A stretch of 64,000 nucleotides of DNA from Spirogloea muscicola (GCA_009602725.1 WELB01000005.1:893323-957322), one strand, 5' to 3'; counted from the stretch's first letter, positions 24,106 through 37,556 are shown. The notes: generated by a model not told the origin, from the sequence alone. Translations and numbers: made by a program.

Positions 24106-24756
24106 GATGGCTGTTCTACCGAAGTAGTCTACTTGGGGCAAGACCAGTGGCACAAGGTGCCTCTTCTTTGTTCATTTGTTAATTCTTGCTCATAAACCTG
24201 TTTTGCATCGCTTGTTGATGTTAGGCATCTGAGGCTTGAATACCATTACAAATTGGTATACAGTGTCTTTACGTCATGTAGGTTTCTCCATGTGGCTTTT
24301 AGAAGAAGCCCCACAGTATCACTGACATTATCAATCTGCCGTGAAATTGTCATCCATTCAACATCTAGGACAGTTTGTCTATCTTAGGCCTGTCGTCCTT
24401 GTTGGTCAAATATTGCACATAAAGCATGTCTGACCATATGCAGTACCTAGCAAGCACCACCTCAGACGAGCCTGTGAAAGGCATCAGACGATGTGGTTCT
24501 TGCCTTTCTTCCATGCAGGTGCACAGGAAAGTGCACCATTACCTGGGTAGCAAGTCGAAGTACAATAATGCTTGCACTGAAGGAGAAGAAAGAAGGAAAG
24601 TGGCTCTTCTAAGTGGGGCAATGGCTGTGTACAGCCAGCCCAAAACGAATGACAAGGCCCAAAAGGGCCAAAAGCGCATTGCTATAGCAAAAGAGGACTT
24701 ATTGAAACGCAACATTTTCTGAAGGAAAGGCAGTAGCTTAAATGCTACACAGTAAC

Positions 24757-26117
24757 CTACGGATGTTTTCGTTTCTTCAGGTTTTCTGTGCGTTTAACAT
24801 CATCCTCCACTTCAGCTTTTAGATCTATCCCCTTAGGGGCTTCGATCACTTGTCCCAATGCAGCGCCTTGCATGGCGTTCATTGTCCCAGAACCAGGCAG
24901 CCTTTGGGAGTCAGCAGGCGGTGGAACAGCAGCAAGCAAAGCCTTTAGACGGTTGTTCCGAAAATGTTGCCAGTAAAAATATTGCTGCCTGTGTGCCAGT
25001 TCCTGTAATCACAGGACCCATTACATCACGAATATTCAGAACCTTTGAAGGAAGTGCACCTTGGGATGTTTGTCAATATGCTCTTCTCCTGTGCAATGGT
25101 TACCGCGCACTACATAGCAGTGTCCCTTTGCAACACCTGGGCTGTATGGTTCACCAGAGACTATTCAGCAGGCACACCAGATAAGCCTCACAACATGACA
25201 AGAGTCATCAAGTGACATGGAAGCGAAGGCAGACCTTGCTGTGCGGGTGGGCCATTGCTGACCGGAAGTGCGAGCTCTGCAAAAGCTCCAGGAAGTAGAG
25301 ACAGTGTGGGTACCTGGGGTTGTACATGGTGGTCTTTCAGCACCACATCGACCACAGGGTGCTCAACAATGTGGTCGAAGGAATGTACAAAGAGGTCAAG
25401 TGATACTACGAATCATCAAGGACTGGGTGTCCCACGACACTCTGATACTGCCAAAAGGCAGGATGTACCAATTGCCAAGACAGGGCTTACACTATAAAAG
25501 CTGTGTACTGAGGCCTCCTCCAGTACTGGAGATACTTGAGATAGGCGACGAAAGCGGGGTCGTCAAAGTATCTGTTCTGTGCCAGATCTGAGGCGCGACA
25601 TGGAAGAGACAACCTCAGCCTGGCCGTCTCAGAGTTTGGGTGTAGTAATGTGGTCAGCTTCAGCTTCAGCTAGCTCCACAGCGAGCTGAACGTGCAGCCA
25701 GCACCCTATGACGACACCTCGTGCTGCCGTCTCGAAGCACTACCGTAGCATCACCCGAACCCCATTGACTGAGAGCCTCGGGCTCAGTCCAAGCCGGCGA
25801 GTGAGAGTGCGCACAGTGGATGTACGAGGGGTTGGCGAGGCACTGCACAAACTCCAGCTCCAGCAGCAGCCTCGTCCGGCCGCCGTCGCTCTCCTTGAGC
25901 ACGCCGTCCTCTCTGCGCTTCCGCGCGGGCGCGACCGTCAGGATTCCGAACGAGGCAGCAGCCGAGCAGCCAAAGCCCGTCTCGCCATTGGCAGACTCGA
26001 CAACTGTGACGCCAAAGGTGCACCGAGACGGTGAGCACGACGGAAAACTCACATGCGATAATCCACAAGCGGCTCCACCGCGGCGGCAGCGGCGGCGTCC
26101 TCCGCGGCGTCCGCCAT
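24757..26117 (-). CDS. MED31: Mediator subunit 31 (SOH1 family)
   Basis: Exons encode RLLLELEFVQCLANPSYIH, LAQNRYFDDPAFVAYLKYLQYWRRPQY, YPHCLYFLELLQSSHFRSAMAHP, ELAHRQQYFYWQHFRNNRLK; start ATG 26117 (MADAAED) is the most plausible; stop 24757. Confidence 0.93.
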
Positions 26118-26777
26118 GGCGCTCGTGCACGGGAAGCATCGAGTCGGCGGCCGCTTGCGCCTCTGCCGGAGGGGCGCCGCCGGGGCGACCAGGCCCTCGA
26201 CCCCGGCCCCGCCCCGCGGCGACTGCCACGAGGCCGCAGCGGCCCGGGCTCGCGGGCAGGCTGGGCCAGGCGGCAGCGGGGCGGGCGAAAAGCTGGAGGT
26301 CGCCGCCGTCAGAGCGTGCCGTCTCACCACCGTGGAAGGTGCGCCCGGGGACGGCACACCGTGACGGGCCGCTTTGTTCCCCACGGGCTGGCCTTATGTT
26401 GAAAGCGAGCTTCCGCTTTGGGGCGGAAGACGTGTGTGCACGGCCTGAGTGGCCCCAAGTTAGCCCGTCGGGTTTGTACGTGCTCACTCGTGGGTGCTAA
26501 CGCCACACTGTTTCCTTGGCCATCTTAGCACAGAGCTTCGCCGTATGTAGCTCCACTGACTAGCTTCGTCTCCCGGACTGATTGATCGGAGGGCAAGTGC
26601 GCCCCCCCCCAAGTGGACCAGTAAGGCCCCCCCTTCGGTCGGCAGCCCGCGAGACGGCAAGCAGCGGCGGCGGAGGCGGTAGCGGCGGCGACAGAAGGAG
26701 GCGTCGGCGGCGGCGAGGCGCGCGAGACGGGCAGAGAGGCCAGGCTTCCTGCGGGCTGAGCGGGGGCCCGGGGCGCG
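26118..26777. promoter_or_regulatory. Probable bidirectional GC-rich promoter/5'UTR region (MED31 / V-ATPase E)
   Basis: Only ~660 bp separates the two divergent start codons; CpG-rich. Confidence 0.6.
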
Positions 26778-28188
26778 ATGAACGACTCGGAGGTGTCCAA
26801 GCAGGTGGCGCAGATGGTGCAGTTCATCCGCCAGGAGGCGGAGGAGAAGGCCAACGAGATCTCCGTCGCCGCCGAGGAGGTGCGCGCTCCGGCGCCCCGC
26901 CTCTCTGCCCGCAGGCGCCCGCCCACAGCCGCAGCCGCTGCTGTGGGCGCCCACGTCAAGAAGCCCCGTGTGCTCGCATGCCCGCGCTCTCGTGCAGGAG
27001 TTCAACATTGAGAAGCTGCAGCTGGTGGAGGCGGAGAAGCGCAAGATCCGCGCCGAGTTCGAGCGCAAGGAGAAGCAGGTCGACGTCCGCAAGAAGATGT
27101 GAGCCCCTGCCTGGGCTGACCCTTGATGCCCGGCTGCTACGCCGTCGGCCTGGCCCCGCCTGTTAAGCGCCGCCTCCCTGGGCCCCATTAATTGGTCGTC
27201 TTGTCGTTCAGTTGCAACGCAAGACCGTCTTGCTGGCTGCTTCGTCTTTATCGCGGGCTGCTTTGAGCTGAGCTGAGTCTTCCCTATCTACCCCTGTTCG
27301 CAGCGACTACTCCACGCAGCTCAATGCATCGCGACTGAAGGTCCTCCAGGCGCAGGACGACATTGTGCGGCACATGAAGGAAGAGGCCGAGAAGAAGCTC
27401 CAGACCGTCGCTGATGACTCCGATGCCTATGGGCGCCTCCTCAAGGGGCTTATCCTCCAGGTTGGACCCAGCAGCAGCTTCTTCCTGTGCAATTTGGGTC
27501 GTCAAACCGATTACACATTTTCTACTGTGGCTGACCTCAGCTGCCTGGCCTTCTTCTCCTGCGTCACAGGGCTTGGACCGATTGAGCGAGTCCGCCGTCC
27601 AGCTAAGGTGCCGGGAGGTGGACCTGAAGCTTGTCCAGGCGGCAGTCCAGGCGGCAAAGGCTGACTATGCCTCTGCCAAGATGACCGAACCGCCAAGTAT
27701 TGCAGTCGACACAACCAACTTCCTTGCCCCGTCTTCTATTGGTGGTGCTGGGACGAGCTGGTGAGGCTGTTTACTAGTTGGGATGTTATGGGTCTGAACT
27801 ATGTGGTATAGCTCTTCAACTGATGTTTAGCACCACCAAGTTGCTGCTCTATGCTCTGTGATGGTGTTGATGAATCCTGTGAGTTTTGCGGCAGCTCGGG
27901 CGGCGTCGTCATGGCGTCCAAGGATGGCAAGATAGTGTGCATCAACACACTCGACGCAAGACTGGACATTGTCTACAAGCAGAACCTTCCTGCGGTAAGG
28001 CCGGCACACCATGGTGGAGCCATTTGTTGTTTATCACTGTCTTGGTCTTCTGAACCAAGTGACCTCCATTCGCAGCTCGGCCTGCTTCTCCTATTTCTTG
28101 TTTGCACATTAAGTGTTACTGAAAGAAGTTCCTTGGGATGGCTGTGCAGATTCGGAAGCAGATGTTCAAGACTTCTATTGTCACCTGA
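26778..28188 (+). CDS. VHA-E: V-type proton ATPase subunit E
   Basis: MNDSEVSKQVAQMVQFIRQEAEEKANEI, EFNIEKLQLVEAEKRKIR, YSTQLNASRLKVLQAQDD, GGVVMASKDGKIVCINTLDARL, final exon IRKQMFKTSIVT* (28150-28188). Confidence 0.96.
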
Positions 28189-29382
28189 GATTCCGGACTC
28201 GAACCTTGGCTTCCAATCAAATTGGAATTGTGAGGCCTGTCAGTAATAAGCTCTTGCCATGAGACTGCCAGCCTTTGTCAGGGAGCTATCAATCTCAAAC
28301 TTGACCACTGCGACAAGGAGTGAGCAGCACTGCTAGCAGCGCATCCAGGTCTTACAAGGTCACAATCACACACCACCTCATCCACCGCAACTGAAAGCTG
28401 CACAGGCAGCTGTGGAGGTTGTGCTTTGCAATGCCACAGTTGCATTGACCCTGCTGTTGCTGCAACCACCTGTGTTCTGCTGGGGTTATGCTGCTCACTG
28501 GTGCGGTGCCTAGGGCTGCCTAAGTAGTCTTAGACAGGAAGCTGCGTGCTGCTTCAGGTCCACATGTGGTGCCGATATGTGGCAATTAGTACTCTTAAGT
28601 CACACCTCTCTTTACTCGCACTCAACCACAACATTCAAAGCAACTCTACACTCCCTGAAGGCCAGAAGTGCTGTTGTTGCGAGGAAAGTTGACAACCGAT
28701 ATCTGCTTGTTGGCTGCTCTGCACCAAATCTGGGTAACTCAGCCTCTGAAACTGAGACCCCTTCCACAAACACTGCTGATCAACGAGGATAGGGGCTAGC
28801 TTTGCTACAATGTCTGACCTGGCGTGAAGAACTCAGAAAGATCACAGTATCGCTACATGAAGACTGGCGAAAAAAGGTTGATGTTAGCTGGGGGAGTAGA
28901 ACAAGCTCATGAGTTCCCTGCAATGTATTGCACTCGACTTATGCAACAGCTTTTTCATGTTCACATCAGCCCAGAGCAACCACAAATGCGATACTAATTG
29001 AGGATAGCCTTGTCATGATTGGGGTGTGGGCAAATACTGATAGCTTGGCAAGTGGGTGCCATCTCCTGAGTTCTTCAGGCGAGCCAGCAATATCGTGCTC
29101 GATGCTGCTCGCGTGAAGAACTCAAGGTACAGGCGGAGATCTCGTGATTTGGGAATGCTAACTATGGTCAGCGAGGTCGTGACGACTCTGTGAAAATTAT
29201 ACCACTGCCAGCCTTGCTGCAGACTACACCAGCAAATACTGCAGGGGCTGGCAGCCAGGTGCAAATGCATATGCTGCGGCACCTGAGCCGCAACATTGCA
29301 TTCAGAAACTGAGGGGGTGAGTAGAACCCACAACACTCTAAGCTGCCACCACATCGAGAGGCTGCCCCTTATTGGCAGTATG

Positions 29383-32300
29383 TCAGACTGTGTCAGGGGT
29401 CCTCATGTGCCGCGCTAGATAGCTGCGGGAGCAGGTCTGGCCGAGGGCAAGGTCCAGGGAGGGCCTGGGGATGTCAGTGCAGAGCTTGAGGAGCAATGAT
29501 ACCCTCTCCCTCCCCCGGGGGCTGCCTTCGGAAGTCATCTTCAGCAATAGCTGCACAGCCCCTGACTCCTGCATATGTGCCTTGAAGCGTACATTGCCCT
29601 TTCCCAGCTGCAAGTTGCCAACATATTGTAAGTCAAGAAATCATACACTCTCACAACATCCTTGCAGACTAGCCCCAGAGGCTGAAAAGATAGACAACAC
29701 TGTACAATAAATCAAACTGACCTGTGAGAAGGCAAGCATGAAAGGTTGGATGAATGCATGCACAATGTGATCGAAATATGACAATGACTGTCCAGCTGCA
29801 CACGATAAAAACCACTCACCTGCAAGAGAATGGCCACAGCTGCCTGTCGGACGTCAACATCCTCAGATTTCAAAATTTTCATGATCACACCCATGCCTCC
29901 AGCATCCATAATCGCAGTCCGACCGTCAGTGCTGGCTGCCAGATTGGCTGCAAGGTACCCAACCATGCTTATCAATTAATGCAACAATTGTGTACAAGCT
30001 GATGCTCAGCTTTGATGTGCATCCTTATGTACTTGGCACGGCAGTCTGTAAAGATGCCCAACTTTGTAAAAGGCTGAAGAAGAGACAAAGCATCGTTGGC
30101 AGTTGTGGACCTACTGGGAAATGACTAATGTCCTACACACTCACCCAGGATGATCATGGCATGTGTCAAGAGCGAGTCCGGGGCTGCCAATTGATTGGTC
30201 AACATACAATGTCAATCAGTTGATTGCCTTAACAGATGGCATTGCATATGCAATGACATGTGAAGCCAAGGTCGTTGTGCGATATAAGAGACTCCTAATA
30301 CAGGACCAAGGACATGCACAATGCTTGAAGTAAAAAGGGAGGTAGCAAGGGACCCACCTAGAGATGGTCTAGTGGAAGTTGCCCTGCTAACAGTCGCCAA
30401 CAACTGGGGAACAAGACCTGCTCTTACAAGCTTCCCTTTGTGGATCTGTGCAAAGGAATTGACAAGGTAATCAACTGTGACTATTATTGTAGTCAAGGCC
30501 AGGCTGGCACAGTCAAACAGAGGGAACAGCAGAGTACACGACATTACGCAACATTTCTTGGATGCCAAAGTCACCTGGTTATGGGAGAGTTTATGCAGGG
30601 CCCTGATACAGTCTTTGTGAGCCCTTGGACCACCGGTGATGAGAACTTGCACCAAAGGGGGAATGGCCCCCGCAGATCCAATCATCAGTCGATTATCCTC
30701 TAACTGCAGCCGGCAGAAGAGCAAGTCAAATTGGTGAGCCAGGACAAGGACAGAGGAGCCATGCTTCTTAGTATCTCAGTCAGTAGCTCAATACCTTGTT
30801 GCCCACTCCCTTCATGTAAGCTTGCATGCTGCGTCTCCGATATATGCTGGCAGAAGTGATTCAGCAATGCAGGAGGGGTTGTACACGGTGTGCTGACCTG
30901 GCAGAGGCTGAATATTGCTCCAGCAGCATGTTCTTGCACCTCAGCGTCAGAGCACTTCAGGGCTTGCACAAGAACCGGGACAGCACCAGCTTCCGCTAGC
31001 AAGCGTTTATTCTGGTTATCAATTGATATATTGACGATGGCCGCAGCTGCATTTACCATGACTTCACGGTGTGGAACATTCGGCAGTTGCACCAGGATGC
31101 CTAAGATGACTGAAGCACCAAGGACAGCACGGTTCTTGGCACTGTGTTTGACAAGGCGCCGGACTTCTCCTGCAGCCCAGGCCTGTCATGCGTGGTCACG
31201 TGCAGCAACAATGAGAACAGCTGAGGTCGCCTTAAGAGTTGCTACAAGCCACAATCTATGCATAGACTGGCGAAGGTGGCCATGACCAAAATCAAGACAT
31301 GCTTGTATGTCGGCATACAGATGCCAAAATGAGGAGACAAACAGGTGATGCCAAGCAAGTACCTGGTTGTCAGGGTCCTCATAGTCACTGAGGCACACAA
31401 ATAAGTCCTCAATGTCGTTATCAGTCACGTCCTTCACCTGCTGGTCTTCTAGTCCACCCATCGAGACAGTCCTGGTTAAAGGACTCCTTGAGGATGAGGC
31501 AGGTGAAGTTATGGAGCTCTCCGTGCATAGGCTGGCGTCGCTTGAGAGACCAATGTCTGAATACGATCGGCGTGAGTGGCCTCGTTGGTGAACGGGCTGC
31601 GGCCAATGGGATGAAACATATGTCAAAGCGTTGACTGACACAACGTCGTGCAGTGTGCCTCAACATAAAGACCACCGTTCCGCAGACATTGCTTTTGCAT
31701 CAGCAGACAGAGGAGTTGGTCAGGCTTGGCTGGGCTCTGACCTGCCCTGCATGTCGTACCATGACGTGGCCAGCATGATCAGGAGGGTGCACGCTGACAG
31801 TGAAGCTTGCTGGTGATGAGAGAGGGGAATCTTCTGGGATGGAGGGTGAGGTTGGGTACGAGGACGCATCTGGAGAGCTCCCGCCACTGTCGACTTCGGC
31901 ACACCTGACAAAGTGCGGGAACCTGTCCCTGCGAACATTCTCCACCCTGCCTGCATCTCTTGTCCCGGAGCCATCGTCGCACGTAACAGTGCCCTGCAAG
32001 GTCAACTCGTCCAGCCTCTGCACATGGATGGCTGGATCTGACCTTCCTGTTCCACACTTCCTATCGTCCAGACCATATTCTGAGGGTGGCTGCGGAAGAG
32101 GGACGCCATGCTCCTCGCACCAGCCAGCAATCATAGCTTTCACTGTGTAGTTCGGCACAACGGTCATGCTTGTGAGCGGTTGCCTCGTCTTTGGACACGT
32201 AGTGTTGCCTTGAGCAAGCCATGCCTCGATGCATCTGCAAGAGTGCCAGGCAAAAGCCGTCAAAATGTATCGATCTTCACCTGCTGCCTGAACGCAGCCC

Positions 32301-32848
32301 CCACCTGTACTTCCACTACATGTGAATGTTGACTACAAGGTTTCGTCACGTTTGGCCGAGCATGTCAACCAGGAGTACTGCGGCCTTGAGCACTCTATCT
32401 CATTAGGTTGCTCAATCACGTCATCAAGAATGGCGGAATGAAGGGCATGCCTGCGCTCGTAAGTTTGTCCAGAGGAGACGATGACGGGGTCAGCCATCAG
32501 CTCCAGCCAGATGGGACATCGCATCTCCATTGGAGGTACTGCCACGTCGGATGTCCTTGGACTGGCATATTTAGAGATATCTCCAGGCTGCTCTGGGGAC
32601 CTTGGTGCAGCAGATACCTTGTCTTGCATTCCACAGCTGCAACTGAAAGCAGGACAGCTGCAAGGCAGCAGCTGCTTTTGCTTCGAGGTGAGCTCCGGGC
32701 CTTCGGCGGCTGCACCTATGGTGCAATCGCTTAATATGATGGTTGTGTCGAGCGAGCCTTTCTCCTTGCTGACACTGAGCAGGTGCGCGTCCGCCGACGT
32801 CAGGCCTCCGAGCTGACGCGTCCGCTCGCCGGACTGAAGCAAGGCCAT
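29383..32848 (-). CDS. Plant U-box / armadillo-repeat E3 ubiquitin ligase
   Basis: U-box MRCPIWLELMADPVIVSSGQTYER|CIEAWLAQGNTTCPKTRQPL...VPNYTVKAMIAGWC; ARM repeats (NKRLLAEAGAVPVLVQAL, IGSAGAIPPLVQVL, AIMDAGGMGVIMKIL, MQESGAVQLLL). Start uncertain (32848 or the downstream MQDK ATG). Confidence 0.88.
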
Positions 32849-33450
32849 GGCGCAGGCCCTGCTCAGCTGCCAGGACGCCCTCCCGTCGCCGTGGCCCCGC
32901 CCGGGCCGGGCCCAGAGGGGGCCGCCATGGTCGCCAACGGCAGCTCACTAGTGCCGCCGCACGCCTCGCTCCTGACAAGGGACGCCGCACCGTCGAGGGC
33001 TCGAACGAAAGCTTGTCACCGAAGAGCCGGCGGCGCGAGGCGGCGCGACACGAGCGCTTCCGGCCCCCGCCTGGGTGCAACGGCCAGCGCCAGGTCGAGG
33101 GTTTGCCGGCGGGGGAAGTGCCAAGGCGATGGGGGGGGGGGGTGGGTGTCACGTAGCGGCTGATGATGGGGAAGAAGCGGGAAGAGTATTTCCAGGAAGA
33201 AGCCCGGGCGCCGTCGGCAGTGGTCAGCGATGGGCACACGAAGGGCGGGAGGTATGCCCTTGGGGGCCGATGATCCTCATCGGAAGGACGGGGATGGGCC
33301 GATGAGGCTCATCTAAGGGGGGCGGGCCATCTGCCCCGGCAGGGCGGCTTCCCATCTCGCCCATCCGGCGGCGAGCCGCGGCCTGCGGGCGCGGCGCGCT
33401 GGCCGCCTCCATAGCCGCGGGCCGTCGGCTATGGCGCCGCGCGGGCCCGG

Positions 33451-33705
33451 NNNNNNNNNNNNNNNNNNNNNNNNNNNNNNNNNNNNNNNNNNNNNNNNNN
33501 NNNNNNNNNNNNNNNNNNNNNNNNNNNNNNNNNNNNNNNNNNNNNNNNNNNNNNNNNNNNNNNNNNNNNNNNNNNNNNNNNNNNNNNNNNNNNNNNNNNN
33601 NNNNNNNNNNNNNNNNNNNNNNNNNNNNNNNNNNNNNNNNNNNNNNNNNNNNNNNNNNNNNNNNNNNNNNNNNNNNNNNNNNNNNNNNNNNNNNNNNNNN
33701 NNNNN
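33451..33705. other. Assembly gap (N run)
   Basis: Run of N inside a GC-rich island. Confidence 1.
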
Positions 33706-36468
33706 GGGCCCCGCCGCCGCCCGTGCGCCGCCTGGCCCCCGCCGGTGCGCCGGCCCCCGCGCGCCCGGGACCCCTTCCGCTCCCCCAATCGTACAACCGC
33801 TGGGGGCCCGCCCCCCCCCGTGGCGCTCCGCCGTCTCGCAACCTCCGTGCCACGTCCACCTCCTAATGATTGCTGACGCTGCGGCCCGCTCGAGACGGCC
33901 CGCGGACCCCCAGCCGCCGCCCCGGCTCGGTTTACGGCCCCCCCGGCGCCGCCACCTATGCCCGGGGCATTCAGCTGCGCGGCGGCGGCCTTGAAAGGGA
34001 GGCCAAATTACGAGCCTTTTCGGGGCTCCGAGGCCCCCACCAAGTGGGGTTCCGCTCTACTCGGCCCAACGGCTTCACAGTGCCGGTCCCTCCAACGAGT
34101 AGGCCAAATCAATGTCCCGTGCCGTGGCGGGCCCACTGCGCGCCGCGCTGTCGTGCCAGCAGCCCCTGCCGGCTTCTCGCGCCGGCAGCGGCTGACACGC
34201 ACCCCGGTGGCGCGCGGTCTCTTTCGCGTGCTTCGTGAACCCCCCCGGCTTGATGTGCTTGCCTTTGTACTTGGCCGTTTTGGCCTTCGTTTCTTTCAAA
34301 TACACTATTTATTTCCCGGGCTTTCTACCGTCGAGCAGCTTTGTCTCCCCGTCTGCTTACGCCATTCTCGTCATCCGCATAGCGTTGCTCAACTTGTGAA
34401 GTGCATATGTGAACAGTGTTTGTCTCACATGTCATACAGATTGTTAAGAACTGTCTAAACAAAAACTAATGCCTTTGAGCAGTAGCAGCAGAAAATTCTG
34501 TGCGAGTGACGAAGTCCGTCAAGCTTAGACAAATCCAGTCGCTATCGCATTCAAGATCATGTTAGTTTTGATCATACAGCTAATACCAGGCATAATTAGC
34601 AACAAGGTCAATACCTACTACAGCACATTGCATGCTATCCTCTCCATCCATGCCTGACACTCGTCACGTATGAGTTGCTCTCCTAGAGCCAGACCGCTTG
34701 GACTTGTAGCAGTATGCACTATGCCTCCTTCCTCTACTTGAGATCGTTTCTACTATGAAGCAATTTCAATGACTGAAGACACTCTTCAATGTACAAATAC
34801 TACTGTAAAGCGAAGCTTAGACCTTCTCTACTAGTAAGAACGCAAGTGACCGGCGCTGTGGTGTATTCTCGAGCTATTTTAATGTGATGGATGCACTCTG
34901 TATACAACAAGCTCAATGTCTTCTCACCTTCTTGATTGCACTAGTATCTCCATGCTCTATGTCCACAATTGAGTATCTCAGGGAGAGTACCTCAGGCCTC
35001 ACATATTTAAGAACCCAGAATGGAACTTGTTGGTTCTAGACCATTGCAATCTTCTTGCAGACATGCTCAGCAAGCTCCCCACCTTCATGACGTCCAGGCT
35101 CATCTGCTGGCATACTCTCCAACAGGTTGAGCCAGCCATCCATGCCACCACTCGTGAGGAGAGCTACTTTTTATCGGCTACAGCACTTTGCATGTCGTGA
35201 AGCTCTGTGCAGGCACTTACGCAGTGATGACCAGTCACTAATGACGTAAAGCGTGGCGAGGGTGTAGAGCGCGTGTCTGGGCAATTGCCTGCAGGTGTAC
35301 TTTGTCAGCGTTCAATGCCAACTTCGTCACTCTAGGACGGTTGTGAAAGATAGACCCATTGTGCTCCTTAAGGTGCCTGTTTGCAACGTCCAACAGGTTA
35401 GGCACGAGCCTGTGTATTGATAGATGCTCCTCTTCTGCCGCACAATCAAAGACCACAACTGCTCGTGAAGTATTTCTCTAAATTTGTGGTATTGATAATG
35501 CGGTGCAATCAGCAGAACTTAAGGACAAAGGGGCTGGGCACGTTCAGCAGTCATGATCTGCCAGCAGTTCCGCATCCATGCGGACTTTGGGGAATTTTCT
35601 GGTTGAGTGCCCACTACGTAAGACCACTGACGCCCTTCGACCCGTTCTATGCAATTGGTGCGGTCTACTCCTTCCTATCGATCAGCCCTCCTATAAGTCT
35701 ATCATTGATTGAAGCTGGTCATATCAAGGCAAACCTAAGAAGTCTTTCTGTATGCGCTCCATAGCTCACCATCAATTGAGTTGCAGTTGTATATCTGCAC
35801 AGGCCACCCAAGCTCAGGCCCATGGATTTAGGGAGGACAGAAGGTAGCGTGTACTATAGTTGCAACACATTCTTGTGTTGGGCTGGTCGCTCAAATCATG
35901 CAATAATATGCTAATAGATCTGCAATACTTTCTGTATGCTCGATAGCCAACTTAATGCTTGGCAAATGTGCGCGCGTGCCCGTATGTAGCCATAAGCTGT
36001 CATACTCTTCTCGTTCAAGCTGCATGCGATTCAGACTCTCTTTTGATGACCTTGCTGTCCGGTAATGCGACGCTGCTACAGGCGTCAGCAGGCGGTAGCT
36101 GATCAGAGAAAGAGAAGAATCTCTGATGAAGGGGGCAATGGCCGCGAAGGGCCAGCCCAAGAAGACGAACTAGGTCTGAGCACGAGCTTGAAGGACGTGT
36201 AGAAACAGCTCCTTCAAAGGAAGGCCATGGCTTCGAGAGACCAGCCCACAAGGAGTGAACAAGGTTCAAAGGGGCCAGAGAGAATGCTGCTGCTGATCTT
36301 AAGGGGCGGCTCTGAAGAGCTCTTCTAATGTACGGCAAGGGCTGTGAGAGGCCAGCCCAGATGATTGAACAGGGTCTGAAAGAGCCGGATGGCGCCAAAA
36401 AACAGACAAAATCACTATTTGTGAAATTACAATACTAATAGCAGCTAGCTGAGTGCATGCACAGGGAA

Positions 36469-36860
36469 TCCGGAGTAATTATGTAGCATTCGGTCCCTAA
36501 CCGGAAGGTTAGAACCGAATGCGTCCTTTATAAATTCGTGCTTGGGTATTCAGGGATACCCACCCGCCACGAGGAAGCACTCCGGCACAGCGGAGGACTT
36601 GCCCTGTGGCGCTGCCGCTTTGCAGCAGCTCCACCTCCTGGGCACGCGCTGCAGACTTTGAGTCTGTGCCTGAGCAGCGTCTGCAGGAGGCGTATCCAGG
36701 AGGTGGAGCTGCTGCCTAGCGGCAGCGCCACAGGGCAAGTCATCCGCTGTGCCGGAGTGCTTCCTCGTGGCGGGTGGTTGTCCCTAAATTCCCGAGCACT
36801 CAAATCCTGCATTCGGCTCTAACCTGTCCGTTAGGGACCGAACGCTACAAACTACGCGGA
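36469..36860. repeat. ~390 bp near-perfect inverted repeat (foldback; MITE-like or hairpin-RNA locus)
   Basis: Left arm 36469-36656 is the reverse complement of right arm 36679-36860, with perfect blocks of 35, 24 and 20 bp; 22-nt loop. Confidence 0.92.
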
Positions 36861-37139
36861 GCCGTCAGGCTGGGCAACAGGGCTCTTTCAGAATAGATTA
36901 GGAAGAGTCTTCCAGTAGAGGGCGATGGCTGTGATTGGCCAGCCCAACAAAAGAATGGATGAAGTTCGAAGGGGCCAGAAAAGTGCTAATCCCCCCCGTG
37001 TCAGCCGTTAAGAAGTCAGATAGGCTGACGCAGCGGTCCCTTGGCTGCCAAGAGAAGGGCCGTCAGACAACACGCGGGCTAGGACTGGCAGCCCGGCGAG
37101 GTGACCCACTGGCGGGAGCCGCCGGGGGCTCCTCTGTGC

Positions 37140-37556
37140 AAGAAGGGCTCGCCTATTGAGGATAGGGGCTGGAAAAAGCCAGCCCAAAAGAGAACGAACA
37201 AAGACGAGAAGGGGCCAGGGGAAGCACCAAGAACAACAAGCACAAGAAGAAACTAAGCAGCTACGAAGCACTCAGTAACCCCTGCTGAGCAGCCTCAGGT
37301 CAGAGAGACTGGGTTCCTGGAAGCGGATTCCCTGGCCAAAGCCGGAGGCAGCAGCGAGGGCTCTGCCGCCACGCAGGTGCAGCGCGCGGGCCATAGACCT
37401 CTGTGCGCGGGGGAAAATCGAGTGTGTATCGAGAGATGAAGGGCCTGAGTGGCCAAGTACATAAGCACGCACGTTGACAGACGAACACAAGTGCTTACAC
37501 AAAGCTGACCCGCTCATAACCACAAGTCAGCACGTAGAGGTCGCTAAGTGATGCCC
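37140..37556 (-). mobile_element. Two adjacent CRE-like 3'-end fragments
   Basis: 37272-37400 encodes RSMARALHLRGGRALAAASGFGQGIRFQEPSLSDLRLLSRGY* followed by 3'UTR to ~37140; ~37425-37556 is a second subfamily end (ASLSDLYVLTCGY + UTR). Confidence 0.85.

Noticed and set aside
35238..35456. VVVFDCAA resembling a Bel/Pao RT motif
   Set aside because: Isolated short similarity; no other RT motifs nearby.
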